Positions 15,782 to 25,405 of a stretch of DNA of 55,206 bases are shown here, one piece after another. The DNA is taken from positions 1-55,206 of the forward strand of contig JAUYKQ010000025.1 of the NCBI GenBank assembly GCA_030699905.1. The letters run 5' to 3'. The number at the start of each line of letters is the position of its first letter. Within the stretch, counting starts at the first letter, position 1. This DNA comes from a bacterium (lineage in GTDB: Bacteria > Patescibacteriota > Minisyncoccia > Phycocordibacterales > GCA-002787175). The position numbers and the translations under genes are program-made. The notes under the pieces are model-generated. The model saw only the letters and a list, made by a program, of their open reading frames with translations, was not told where the DNA came from and made no database searches.

Positions 15782-18700
15782 TTACCGATGGTCACCGATG
15801 GTTACCGGCAATGTGTTCACAAGATAGTCGTCAGCCCAGTCATCTGTCGTTACGGCGTGTACGGTAGTTACCGTAGACGAGCGATCAGACCAGACAAACG
15901 AGTGACCTGTGTCGGCTATAGAGCCGGCAATATCAGCGAAGGAATCGGTTACAACGGCTGTAGAGGGTTTCTCTACGCTGATTCGCAAGTGGTCGCCAGT
16001 ACCAACTCCGGTTACAGAACCGCGAAGTTCGTAAGTAGCGGACTCGCCTTTACCGATTTCCTCTTCAGTAGTGCCAGTTCTTGTGCCTACTATGAAGACA
16101 ATATCACCTGTCGTGGCATCAGCCGCGAATGACTCCATCGTACCGGTACCGTCTGTGGCAGTCGTGGTCGCGAAGACACCTGTAACCTGTGTATTTCCTC
16201 TCCACAGCGCCAAGGTCGTGGTAGCTCCTATTTGAACTCCACTGCCTTTGCTGACCTTAAACATAATTTGTTTCCAAGTTATGTCAGCTGCATTATCCGC
16301 TTTTATGGTAACGCGTCCGAGTACCGTTTCGCCAGAGCTCAAAGTTGTCGGTTCATCGCCAGCCGCCGAAATTGTCGGAACGGAATCGCGTACATATACC
16401 GTACCTCTACCAGACGTACCGGCAGAGTTAAGGTCGGCATCGGCGGCTTCATCGTCAACCGTACCAGCCGCGTCAATCGCCTTGAATCCTTCGTCAAAGT
16501 CAATAAGAGCCGAGATTGCTCTACCGGATATATTAGCGCCGGCGTCAGCAAGGGTCGGAATTTTGACATAAACGTCAAGATTCTTTTCTGTGTTTTTCGG
16601 AATTTCAAAGTCCAGACCAGCGAATGTTGATGTGGAATGGGTCTCTGCTGCGCCAGTTGAGACGTCATCAATTCCTCGTGAGGCCTGTCCTCCGTCCCAC
16701 TTTAGAGTTATGGTTTCTACTGAAGTGGCGGCATTGGCAGGAATCTTGATTTTCAACTCTTGAACAGTGAACTGGGAATCCTGCGCTGTAAATCGGAATG
16801 AACCGACTTTAACATCACTTGTTCCCGCAAGAGCGATGTAGTCAGCCGGCGTAGCTCCAGTGTTTGCTGCTACAGTCAAAGTACCTGAACCGAGAGTAAT
16901 TGTCTGAAGAACGAGGTCTGACCCGACAGTGGCTGATTGAGCCGTCATGGCTCCGTTACCACCGGAAGTCGTATCAACCTGCGCTGTCCAAGATCCCGCG
17001 TTGGAACCCGCCTTAAAGTCAGCGTAGACGTCAATTGTCTTGCTTCCGGAAGCGGGAATTGTGAAGTTGACCGAGAAGCCGTTAGAAGTGGAAGGGCTGG
17101 CTTTGGTCGTTCCGAGTTGAGCGCCTGAAGAGCTGTCTTTTAGCATCAAGTTCGTTACAGAAGCTGATTCATCAGAAGAAAGTTCAATAGTAATGGTATT
17201 AACATTGACTCCTTCCGTAGAACCGGCTGCAAGCGTGAATGAACCCACTTTCACATTGTTGCTACCCGCAACGTATGTCTGGTTACCAAATCCTGAAGAT
17301 TTGGAAGCGGTCAAACTGGTGGCGGACATAGTTCTTGAGAATCCTTCTACTTCCGCTACCGCGCTTACCGTGTCGCCGGAATTCATGGCTTCGGTATCAG
17401 CGGCCGCAATAGAGAATCCTACGTCAATTGTAGCAGCAGCAGCGAAGTTGGTAGCGTCGGCCTCTTTGGCATCGCCGTAGATTTCAACTACCATAGTTTC
17501 TCCGGCTCTGGCAATAAACGATGAACCGAATGTAAACTCAGTTCCCGTTTCACTACTAGCCGAACCTACATCCTTTGTAGAGCCAACCTGAACGCCGTTT
17601 ACGAACACTTTGACGTTGTCCATGCCGTCTCCAGCAGTGGTATCAACATCAACAGTGACGGCCTCTATTTTGACATCTTCGCCCGTGGCTCGGACATCAA
17701 ACTTGGACCACAAAACGTTGGTCGCTCCGACTGTTACGTTGCCTGACGGAGAATCCGTGGAACGGCTGACAGAAAGAGATCCGGCGGCAATAGTGTTAGC
17801 ACTGCCGGCGGCGATAGCAAACGAACTGCTTGAGAGAACCGGCTGGCCGAGCTGAATGTCTCTGGCGCGTACGTCCGCGGCGCGACGAATCTGGATGTTG
17901 TAAGTTTCACTTGAACCTTTTACGACATCGGCCGTAACTTTAATTATACGAGTTCCCGTTTCAAGACGAACAGGGCTTGCGGTGAGGTCAAAGGTGGCGC
18001 GCTTGTCAGTAAACTGGCCTACAGCGCTTCCAACCTGTACTCCGTCAATAAAGAGGCGGATGTTTCTAAGGTCTCCGTCCGATGAAGTACCGCGGTTTTC
18101 AAACGCGATTGACTCCAAATTCATTGCGTGAGTTCCAACAACCGCTTGAGTTTCAAAGACACGGACATCGTTTGCGGGATTTTCCGTTCCGCCATCAGGG
18201 CCCGTGTAAGTGAATGTCAAAGTACCGAGCGTGGCGGAAGAAATGGTCTGAATACCGCCGGTTATCGGGAATGTAGCGCTGGAGTCAAGAGTTCCGCTCG
18301 CGCTTACTGAATCCAACTGTACTCCAACCTGCTCTCCGCCTGTTGAGGCGGTGATGTCGGAACGTACGCTGATGGTTACCGTTCCGCCAGCCGGTACTGT
18401 AAAGACACCGTTGGGGTTGTTGTAGCTGAATGCCGTATTGCTTATGCCTGCGGCATCAGTAATACGAGTAGCTCCTTGGAATAGATAGACATTGGAAAGT
18501 GTAGAGTCAGCGGATGTCCCTATTCTCTTGAAGGCAAGGTTCGTAACATTGATAGCAACAGAGGTCGGGTTGGCAAAAGTGAATTTGGCCAACTCGCCAA
18601 CCGCTTGTCCTTGCACAAGTGCTACTCCGAACGGAGAGTCAGGAGCAAGCATTACCTTAAGTCCTGTTCCCGTCGGAGGAGGAGGTGTCGTTCCACCACC

Positions 18701-19237
18701 ATTTGAAGGAGGAGGAGTTGTACCACCACCAAGAGAATTCAAGAAGTCCCTCGTTGCGGGACCTACGTATCCTGTTCCCGAAGAAAGTCCGACAGGGGCG
18801 AGGACTGAAGCGGCATACTTGTTCTGGAACTTGATTACCGCCGTTTTTGTAAGAGCGCCGAAGTAAGTCGTTTCGCTTCCGGGAGAACCGACTCCTGAAG
18901 AAGCGATTCTCGTATCCGCGCTTTGATTCAGAATCATCTGAAGCTGTCTTACATCTTCACCTGAAGACCCTTGCATAAGGTTTCTATTAAATGTGTATCC
19001 TGTCGTTGGTGTGCCTGAAGGCGGCGCTGTCGGAGTTCCCCCCGTCAAAGACGCGTGCACATTATTTATCGTTGTCTGATCGACTCCGAACGACTGAAGA
19101 AGGGCGATGATTGTATTCACCTGATCAGTAGTCAGAGCCGCGCTTGCCGTCTGTACTCCCACCAATGAAAAGGCAAGAGCCAAACCGACAAACCCAGCGA
19201 CAAATTTCTTTGTCTGTGATTTGTATAAATAACTCAT
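15782..19237 (-). CDS. about 1151-aa cell-surface protein: signal/anchor, peptidoglycan-binding domain, many T/S/G/A-rich beta-sandwich repeats
   Basis: Track start 19258 is TTG; ATG at 19237 (MSYLYKSQTKKFVAGFVGLALAFSLVGVQTASA). PG_binding_1-like GSSGEDVRQLQMILNQ...YFGALTKTAVIKFQNKYA. Confidence 0.8.
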   Translation of the reverse strand: MSYLYKSQTKKFVAGFVGLALAFSLVGVQTASAALTTDQVNTIIALLQSFGVDQTTINNVHASLTGGTPTAPPSGTPTTGYTFNRNLMQGSSGEDVRQLQMILNQSADTRIASSGVGSPGSETTYFGALTKTAVIKFQNKYAASVLAPVGLSSGTGYVGPATRDFLNSLGGGTTPPPSNGGGTTPPPPTGTGLKVMLAPDSPFGVALVQGQAVGELAKFTFANPTSVAINVTNLAFKRIGTSADSTLSNVYLFQGATRITDAAGISNTAFSYNNPNGVFTVPAGGTVTISVRSDITASTGGEQVGVQLDSVSASGTLDSSATFPITGGIQTISSATLGTLTFTYTGPDGGTENPANDVRVFETQAVVGTHAMNLESIAFENRGTSSDGDLRNIRLFIDGVQVGSAVGQFTDKRATFDLTASPVRLETGTRIIKVTADVVKGSSETYNIQIRRAADVRARDIQLGQPVLSSSSFAIAAGSANTIAAGSLSVSRSTDSPSGNVTVGATNVLWSKFDVRATGEDVKIEAVTVDVDTTAGDGMDNVKVFVNGVQVGSTKDVGSASSETGTEFTFGSSFIARAGETMVVEIYGDAKEADATNFAAAATIDVGFSIAAADTEAMNSGDTVSAVAEVEGFSRTMSATSLTASKSSGFGNQTYVAGSNNVKVGSFTLAAGSTEGVNVNTITIELSSDESASVTNLMLKDSSSGAQLGTTKASPSTSNGFSVNFTIPASGSKTIDVYADFKAGSNAGSWTAQVDTTSGGNGAMTAQSATVGSDLVLQTITLGSGTLTVAANTGATPADYIALAGTSDVKVGSFRFTAQDSQFTVQELKIKIPANAATSVETITLKWDGGQASRGIDDVSTGAAETHSTSTFAGLDFEIPKNTEKNLDVYVKIPTLADAGANISGRAISALIDFDEGFKAIDAAGTVDDEAADADLNSAGTSGRGTVYVRDSVPTISAAGDEPTTLSSGETVLGRVTIKADNAADITWKQIMFKVSKGSGVQIGATTTLALWRGNTQVTGVFATTTATDGTGTMESFAADATTGDIVFIVGTRTGTTEEEIGKGESATYELRGSVTGVGTGDHLRISVEKPSTAVVTDSFADIAGSIADTGHSFVWSDRSSTVTTVHAVTTDDWADDYLVNTLPVTIGDHR

Positions 19238-19370
19238 AATTTTCTTAATAATTTGCAATCTATACTCCGGGTTACTTTATAAAACATTCGGAGATTTGAA
19301 ATTGCATTTTGTGACAAACCTGATCTTGTAATACCAAGTTCGTCTCTTTTGGCTTTTACGCCGGTCTTTA

Positions 19371-19483
19371 CAGACCTGCTGTGTTGTAGCAATATCCCGA
19401 ATCAGACCCGAATTTAATTCGCGAATATTCGCGAAAAGAATTTAGAAAAAGATTTAGAGACATTACTGCGACACAGCAGATCT
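19371..19483. repeat. long hairpin with cccgaat / ttagag / cgcgaata words in its loop region
   Basis: cagacctgctgtgttgtagcaat (19371-93) pairs with attactgcgacacagcagatctg (19461-83). Confidence 0.6.
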
Positions 19484-20037
19484 GTTTCGACAAAAACCCG
19501 CTTAAGCCGCTTTTAAACTAAACTGCTAATACTAAACTAAACCCACTTCAACACGCACCGAGACCAAGGATGTTTTTATTACAAACTTGGTTCCGACGCA
19601 GTCAACATTAAGACGTGAAGCATATTCTTTCATTACAACCAAATAGGGACATTCTTCCTTGCTGTAAGTTTACGCCATATTCATATTGTCAACGAACCAT
19701 CACAACGCTGTCAGACCATGTAAACAAAAAACTCTCTCGTGTCAGTATTCCAAACATGACAGAGCTGTAAATACAGCTCCCGCATGTTTCAATGAATTAT
19801 ATACCCAGAAATATGGCCTGCCAACAAAATATAATGTGGATAACTTTCCAAAGCACCTCCCGTTTCCTCTTATTTGGTCCCAAAGGAGGGAAAAAGAGGC
19901 CAAAACGTTAGGGTTTCTGAAAAATAACCCATTAAAGCAGTATCGCATATAGGAGGCAAAGAGTCAATTTCAGGCCACTAAATGGGAGGGGGGAGCAAAG
20001 AATGAGATAGGAGATAGGATTTAGGAGATAGGAATTA

Positions 20038-20170
20038 GGAATCACGAAATACGGCAGGCACCCCCAAGAGGAAGTTGCAAAAAAGTGACCGCTCCAAGGG
20101 CGCTTGCCCGGTCTTAGTCACTTTTTTGCGACTTTCCTCTTGGGGGTAAAAAGCGGGTATTTCGTAATTC
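20038..20170. repeat. MITE-like palindromic element, copy C
   Basis: ggaatcacgaaatacggcaggcacccccaagaggaagttgcaaaaaagtgaccgctccaagggcgcttgcccggtcttagtcacttttttgcgactttcctcttggggg...tatttcgtaattc. Confidence 0.85.
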
Positions 20171-20231
20171 ACAGTAGTAATGAAGAATTTAAGGAGGAGA
20201 GAATTTGCAATTTTCTTGCCATTTTACGCGG

Positions 20232-21044
20232 TTACGATAGAGAATATCTGCTCCAACGACGCTCCCCTTCCTTCTTAAGGACACCCTCGCTCACCAAAGA
20301 AAGAAGCTCTCTTTGTATTGTCTTTTCACTGCAACCGGCAATTACTGACGAAAAGTCCTTTACGGTCAAGTTGCTCTTTGTTCCCAGTATTTCCAAGATA
20401 ATATCTCTCCTTCCCCGCTTGCGTTCAACTATTTTCGGCTTTATCGCCATTTGTCCTTTATAAATTTCTTCCGGGCCCGACTGCGTGTTCACCTGTTTTT
20501 TTCTTGACACAAAATCGTTTTGCTGGATATCAAAGTTTTTATCTTTCTCATCTATTTTTCCACCTTCTTCCACATGTCCTTTATGCCCGTCAATTTCAAA
20601 AAAGTCCTTTGCCAAAAATATTCCGCCACGTTCTCCGTCCTCTTCTCCGACACTCAAACCCTTCACGATTCTTTCTATCTCTTGGCTTATTACTTTATAG
20701 TTCATCTCCGAAACGGAACCAGCCAAATATGAAACTTCAAGCAGGGCAGTTATCTCAACAAAGTCCAACAACAAATTTTTGACAGGATCCCCGAACGAGA
20801 TTTTTGGATTGCCTGTTAAGGACAGTGCTTTGGAAATCAGACGCGCCCCGAGATTTCTAATAGTGGTCTTTAGAGGTTCAGTATCGGACATCAGGTTGGT
20901 CACAAGAAACAAAGCGGCCGCAATTTTTTCTGTCTTTTTAAATATGAAAAATAAGTCGCTGTCTTTATGAAACAGCTTAAAAACAAGAGGGTTTAGGCCC
21001 TTATTTACCACACTCACTTGAATAAATTTGTCCTTTTTGTCCAT
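20232..21044 (-). CDS. putative transcription regulator with C-terminal winged helix
   Basis: 270 aa. C-terminus LTVKDFSSVIAGCSEKTIQRELLSLVSEGVLKKEGERRWSRYSL (DeoR/HTH_11-like). Confidence 0.6.
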   Translation of the reverse strand: MDKKDKFIQVSVVNKGLNPLVFKLFHKDSDLFFIFKKTEKIAAALFLVTNLMSDTEPLKTTIRNLGARLISKALSLTGNPKISFGDPVKNLLLDFVEITALLEVSYLAGSVSEMNYKVISQEIERIVKGLSVGEEDGERGGIFLAKDFFEIDGHKGHVEEGGKIDEKDKNFDIQQNDFVSRKKQVNTQSGPEEIYKGQMAIKPKIVERKRGRRDIILEILGTKSNLTVKDFSSVIAGCSEKTIQRELLSLVSEGVLKKEGERRWSRYSLS

Positions 21045-21170
21045 TACTGTTGTCTTTTATATGGCTTGTCCTATATCGCATTTGTCCTTTGTACCTTCTC
21101 AAGGTGTCCTTTATACTCGCCTCTCATCTTTAAAGGACTTTTTCTCTTAAACCCATTATAAGGGACACTC
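21027..21170. promoter_or_regulatory. array of TGTCC(T/A)T(T/A) boxes in the divergent regulator/ftsK promoter region
   Basis: ttgtccttt, ttgtccatt, ttgtcctat, ttgtccttt and gtgtccttt direct, plus inverted aaaggac and aagggaca. Confidence 0.45.
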
Positions 21171-21235
21171 CCTAAAAGTCAAAACTTGGTACGCCTATGA
21201 GCGTCGTTTTTTGATGTCGGCTTTCTACAGCCGTC

Positions 21236-21244
21236 TGGTATAAT
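21236..21244 (+). promoter_or_regulatory. extended -10 (TGgTATAAT) 6 nt before the ftsK ATG, implying a near-leaderless mRNA
   Basis: ctggtataatgtttgtATG. Confidence 0.5.
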
Positions 21245-21250
21245 GTTTGT

Positions 21251-23497
21251 ATGGCTAAGAAAAATAAACGAAAAAAAACCAAGGACTCTGAATTTGAAGA
21301 GGGAGCAAGAGAAGGCACATTACAAGCGATTGTTACCGTTGTCTTTTTTGTGGCCGGAATCTTTCTTATACTGTCGGCTTTTGACAAAGCGGGCATCGTG
21401 GGAAGTCACACTTACAGCTTTTTATCAAAACTTTTAGGCATCGGCTATTTTCTACTGCCTCTCGTACTTTTTATGATGGGAGTCAGTTTCTGGACATATA
21501 TAAAAGAAGGTTTCCCTTTGGTTAAAATAGGCGGAGGGACTCTGTTTCTTCTGGCCGGACTCGGTATTACAAATATCGCTTTTGAAAAAGGAGGCGGAGC
21601 CGTGGGAAACATAATTTCCCTACCCCTTCTTAACTTCTTTGACATATACGCCACTGTGGTTATATTGACAGCCGTTTTTTTAATTTCTCTGCTCGTGATA
21701 TTTGAAACGCGTTTTACCGTCGACCCCATAAGGTCTCTTCTGTCCAAGTTCGGCAGAAAAGAAGACGATTCCTCGGTGGTAACCGAAGAGGAAGAAGAGC
21801 GTATTGATAAAGCCACCAAAGAGGCCGGCTACGATGACGAAGACGGGGAGGAAAAAGAACCGGAGATAAAAAATTCTTTTGCCAAAGAAAAAAAAGCGTC
21901 CGAAGACAGCGAATTTGGTCTTATCGCTCCGTTTAAGGCGATGCACAAAGAGTATAAACCGCCTTCTCTTTCCCTATTGGAAGAAGACAGAGGCAAACCC
22001 GGAGTCGGCGACATCAAAGTCAACGCGACCATAATAAAACGCACTCTTTTGAATTTCGGCATACACGTGGAGATGGATGAAATAACGGTCGGGCCGTCAG
22101 TAACACGGTATGCTTTAAAACCGGCGGAGGGAGTAAAATTGTCCCGCATAGTAGCTTTGCAAAACGACTTGTCTTTGGCCTTGGCCGCCCACCCTCTTCG
22201 CATAGAAGCGCCTATACCGGGCAAAGCTCTTGTCGGCATTGAGATGCCGAACACAACCAAAGCCACTTTAGGTCTGGGAACTCTTTTGAAATCACCCGAC
22301 TATGGCGAATCGGAAAAACCTCTTCTTGTCGGCCTCGGCAAGGGCATATCCGGAAAGGCGCATTTCGCGAACATCGCCAAGATGCCCCACCTTCTCATAG
22401 CAGGCACGACGGGCTCAGGAAAATCTGTAACCATACACGCGCTTATCACTTCCCTTCTGTATCGCAACTCCATGGAGAACTTGAAACTCATAATGATAGA
22501 CCCGAAACGCGTAGAGCTCACTCTTTATAAAAAAATACCTCATCTTTTGACTCCGGTCATTACCGAACCGAAAAAAGCCATTTTGGCTTTGAAATGGGCG
22601 GCAAAAGAAATGGATCGCCGATACGATATATTGGAGTCGGAGTCGGTGCGAGACATTGAGTCCTATCACAAAAACATACTGGAACCGGCTCTGAAGAAGT
22701 CAAGCAAAAAAGACAGCGAGGCAGATGGCGCGAAATTGCCCGAACTTATGCCCTATATTGTCGTGGTCATAGACGAACTGGCGGATATTATGAGCAGTTA
22801 CCCAAGAGAAATGGAGTCAGCCATCGTGCGATTGGCCCAAATGAGTCGCGCCGTGGGAATCCACCTTATTATTTCAACCCAACGTCCGTCCGTGAATGTC
22901 ATTACCGGTCTCATAAAAGCCAACGTGCCGGCGCGCATCGCCCTTCAAGTTTCTTCTCAAATTGACTCAAGAACCATTTTGGACACGGGCGGAGCCGAAA
23001 AACTTCTGGGAGCGGGAGACATGCTGTTCCTTTCGGGAGAAATGGGAAAACCTCTTCGTATACAATCGGCCTTTGTTTCAGAAAATGAAGTTAAAAACGT
23101 AGTGAAATACTTGGCGGAAACATACGCGGACGAAGCCACTCAAGAACTGACTCTTTCCGGCGAGGGAGAAAACACAGGGGCTTCTTCTGATATCTTTAAT
23201 TCCATGAACGAAGATGAGGACATTGACGACAACCTATACGAAGAAGCCCGCCAAGCCATTGTGGCGGCAGGCAAAGCGTCCACTTCATATATTCAACGCA
23301 AACTTCGCGTAGGATATGCCAGAGCCGCCCGCCTCATGGACATGCTGGAGGAAAGAGGCGTTATAGGGCCGGCCGATGGTTCGAGACCCCGTGAGGTCTT
23401 TGACGCTCCGTCGTCTTCAGCCATACCGGAAGAAGTTGACCATTCTCAAGAAAACATTCAACCGGACGAGGACGAAAATCAAAAAACATATGATTAG
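21251..23497 (+). CDS. ftsK: DNA translocase FtsK/SpoIIIE
   Basis: N-terminal TM helices, acidic linker, Walker A AGTTGSGKSV, IVVVIDELADIM, C-terminal gamma wHTH ASTSYIQRKLRVGYARAARLMDMLEERGVIGP. Confidence 0.92.
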   Translation: MAKKNKRKKTKDSEFEEGAREGTLQAIVTVVFFVAGIFLILSAFDKAGIVGSHTYSFLSKLLGIGYFLLPLVLFMMGVSFWTYIKEGFPLVKIGGGTLFLLAGLGITNIAFEKGGGAVGNIISLPLLNFFDIYATVVILTAVFLISLLVIFETRFTVDPIRSLLSKFGRKEDDSSVVTEEEEERIDKATKEAGYDDEDGEEKEPEIKNSFAKEKKASEDSEFGLIAPFKAMHKEYKPPSLSLLEEDRGKPGVGDIKVNATIIKRTLLNFGIHVEMDEITVGPSVTRYALKPAEGVKLSRIVALQNDLSLALAAHPLRIEAPIPGKALVGIEMPNTTKATLGLGTLLKSPDYGESEKPLLVGLGKGISGKAHFANIAKMPHLLIAGTTGSGKSVTIHALITSLLYRNSMENLKLIMIDPKRVELTLYKKIPHLLTPVITEPKKAILALKWAAKEMDRRYDILESESVRDIESYHKNILEPALKKSSKKDSEADGAKLPELMPYIVVVIDELADIMSSYPREMESAIVRLAQMSRAVGIHLIISTQRPSVNVITGLIKANVPARIALQVSSQIDSRTILDTGGAEKLLGAGDMLFLSGEMGKPLRIQSAFVSENEVKNVVKYLAETYADEATQELTLSGEGENTGASSDIFNSMNEDEDIDDNLYEEARQAIVAAGKASTSYIQRKLRVGYARAARLMDMLEERGVIGPADGSRPREVFDAPSSSAIPEEVDHSQENIQPDEDENQKTYD

Positions 23498-23846
23498 GAA
23501 ATTAGGAATCGGTCTCTTGGTATTTGTGGTACTGGCCGTAATCGGCACGGGCTATATGTATTTACGGTCGCTTGATTTCCTACGGGGACCCATTCTTATT
23601 TTGGGCAGTATTCAAAATGGCTCTACTGTTGGCAATTCGTTAGTGGCCGTATCCGGTTCGGTGGAAAATATCGCCTTTCTGACCTTAAACGGCAGGCAGA
23701 TTTTTACCAACGAGGAGGGCTCTTTTCTGGAAAAATTGCTACTCGCCCCCGGCTATAATATAATCACACTTGAAGCCAAAGACAGGTTTGGCAGAGTGAA
23801 AACGGAAAGATTGGAGCTTGTATATGAACCCGAAATTATAAATTAA
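23490..23846 (+). CDS. small membrane-anchored protein, unknown function
   Basis: ATG at 23490 overlaps the ftsK stop by 8 nt. MIRKLGIGLLVFVVLAVIGTGYMYL anchor followed by a beta-rich domain. Confidence 0.6.
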   Translation: MIRKLGIGLLVFVVLAVIGTGYMYLRSLDFLRGPILILGSIQNGSTVGNSLVAVSGSVENIAFLTLNGRQIFTNEEGSFLEKLLLAPGYNIITLEAKDRFGRVKTERLELVYEPEIIN

Positions 23847-23864
23847 CTTCTGAATAACAAAACG

Positions 23865-24914
23865 ATGTCCAAAAAAATCTCACCGAAAAAAGAAACGACG
23901 GAAGAAGCGACGACTTCGCCGTCTTCCTCTCTGCCCCCTTCCCACAAAGAAGTGGACGAGGCTCTTCGCGCCATAAAAACCAAATTCGGAGACGACGCCA
24001 TAATGAAGCTGGGCGAAAAACCGAAGGTGAATGTAAACGCCATTCCCACCGGCTCTATCGGTCTTGACGCCGCTCTCGGAGTGGGAGGCCTTCCTCGCGG
24101 TAGAATTGTTGAAATATTCGGCCCGGAGTCAAGCGGTAAAACCACTTTAGCCCTCCACGTAGTCGCCGAAGCCCAGAAAAAAGGCGGAATATGCGCGTAC
24201 ATTGACGCCGAACACGCCATGGACCCGGAGTACTCCAAGAAGCTCGGAGTGAAAATAGACGAGCTTTTAATATCCCAACCGGATACGGGCGAACAGGCGC
24301 TTGAAATAGTGGAATCGCTTGTCAGGTCGGGGAAAATAGACGTCGTGGTCATTGACTCCGTTGCCGCTCTTACCCCGAAAGACGAAATAGAGGGAGACAT
24401 GGGGCAAAGTCATATGGGAAAGCAGGCGCGACTCATGTCGCAGGCCCTTAGGAAACTTACCGCTATCGTCGCCCGTTCAAAAACCATAGTAATATTTATA
24501 AACCAGATACGTATGCAGATAGGAGTTATGTTTGGTAATCCCGAAACGACCCCTGGCGGTAAGGCGCTTAAGTTTTACACATCCGTGCGCTTGGACGTTC
24601 GCCGTATCGCTCAAATAAAAAAGGGTGAAGAAATAATGGGAGGTCGTGTCCGCGTAAAGGTGGTAAAAAACAAAGTGGCCGCCCCGTTTAGACAGACGGA
24701 ATTTGACCTTATGTATAACGAAGGAATATCTCGCGAAGGCGAACTTATAGCATTGGGCGAAAAGTTTGGTCTTGTTCAAAAAAGCGGAAGCTCTTACTCC
24801 TATGGCGAAGTAAAACTCGGCCGCGGCTACGACTCTACTCGCCAGTTTCTTCGTGACAATGGAAAAATCGCGGAACAGATTCTGAAAGAAATTCTCGCGA
24901 AATTAAAAGAGTAA
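23865..24914 (+). CDS. recA: recombinase RecA
   Basis: [19 protein letters not shown] Walker [47 protein letters not shown]. Confidence 0.95.
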   Translation: MSKKISPKKETTEEATTSPSSSLPPSHKEVDEALRAIKTKFGDDAIMKLGEKPKVNVNAIPTGSIGLDAALGVGGLPRGRIVEIFGPESSGKTTLALHVVAEAQKKGGICAYIDAEHAMDPEYSKKLGVKIDELLISQPDTGEQALEIVESLVRSGKIDVVVIDSVAALTPKDEIEGDMGQSHMGKQARLMSQALRKLTAIVARSKTIVIFINQIRMQIGVMFGNPETTPGGKALKFYTSVRLDVRRIAQIKKGEEIMGGRVRVKVVKNKVAAPFRQTEFDLMYNEGISREGELIALGEKFGLVQKSGSSYSYGEVKLGRGYDSTRQFLRDNGKIAEQILKEILAKLKE

Positions 24915-24960
24915 CACGATGCGAATTTACTAATTAGACAATTCGAATGACGCGAATAAA
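24915..24960. repeat. left arm of a cgaata-word hairpin that encloses the GxxExxY ORF
   Basis: cacgatgcgaatttactaattagacaattcgaatgacgcgaataaa followed by ATG. Complementary blocks are found in 25351-25399. Confidence 0.7.
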
Positions 24961-25347
24961 ATGGGAGAGGTAGAAAAAATTATACACAAAGAACTCTCGT
25001 ATAGAATTACCGGAATATTATTTAGAACACACAGAGAGCTGGGGAGAATGTGCCGCGAAAGACAATACGGAGATTTGTTAGAAACGCTATTAAAAGAGAG
25101 CAAACTTGAGTACGAGAGAGAAAAGGCGTTGCCGATGGAAAAGCTTGACCGACAAAATACTAATGTGGTAGATTTCTGTATCGACAATAAAATATTGTTG
25201 GATTTAAAGGCCAAGCCATTTGTAACGAAAGAGGACTTCTACCAGATGAGACGTTATCTTGAAGCTGCTGGCTATAATCTCGGTTTAATAGTTAATTTTA
25301 GGAACACCTATCTAAAACCTATCCGCGTCATAAATACGGTTCATTAG
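24961..25347 (+). CDS. GxxExxY-family protein (PD-(D/E)XK-like fold)
   Basis: 128 aa: ...ELGRMCRERQYGDLLETLLKESKLEYEREKALP...VDFCIDNKILLDLKA...RRYLEAAGYNLGLIVNF. Confidence 0.7.
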   Translation: MGEVEKIIHKELSYRITGILFRTHRELGRMCRERQYGDLLETLLKESKLEYEREKALPMEKLDRQNTNVVDFCIDNKILLDLKAKPFVTKEDFYQMRRYLEAAGYNLGLIVNFRNTYLKPIRVINTVH

Positions 25348-25350
25348 CAT

Positions 25351-25399
25351 CATTTTATTCGTAAATTCGAATCCCCTATCCGCAGATTCGCATCGAGTC
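25351..25399. repeat. right arm of the hairpin enclosing the GxxExxY ORF
   Basis: cattttattcgtaaattcgaatcccctatccgcagattcgcatcgagtc. attcgcatc pairs with gatgcgaat (24918-26); cattttattcg pairs with cgaataaaatg (24953-63). Confidence 0.7.
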
Positions 25400-25405
25400 A
25401 CTCCC

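Noticed and set aside
19686-19952. 88-aa (+) and 68-aa (-) ORFs in the long spacer upstream of the surface-protein gene
   Set aside because: They mutually overlap, have no motifs or SD, and their composition is typical of non-coding sequence here.
25358-25372. ttcgaatcc, resembling a tRNA T-arm
   Set aside because: No acceptor, D or anticodon arms can be drawn around it. It is part of the right arm of the hairpin flanking the GxxExxY ORF.
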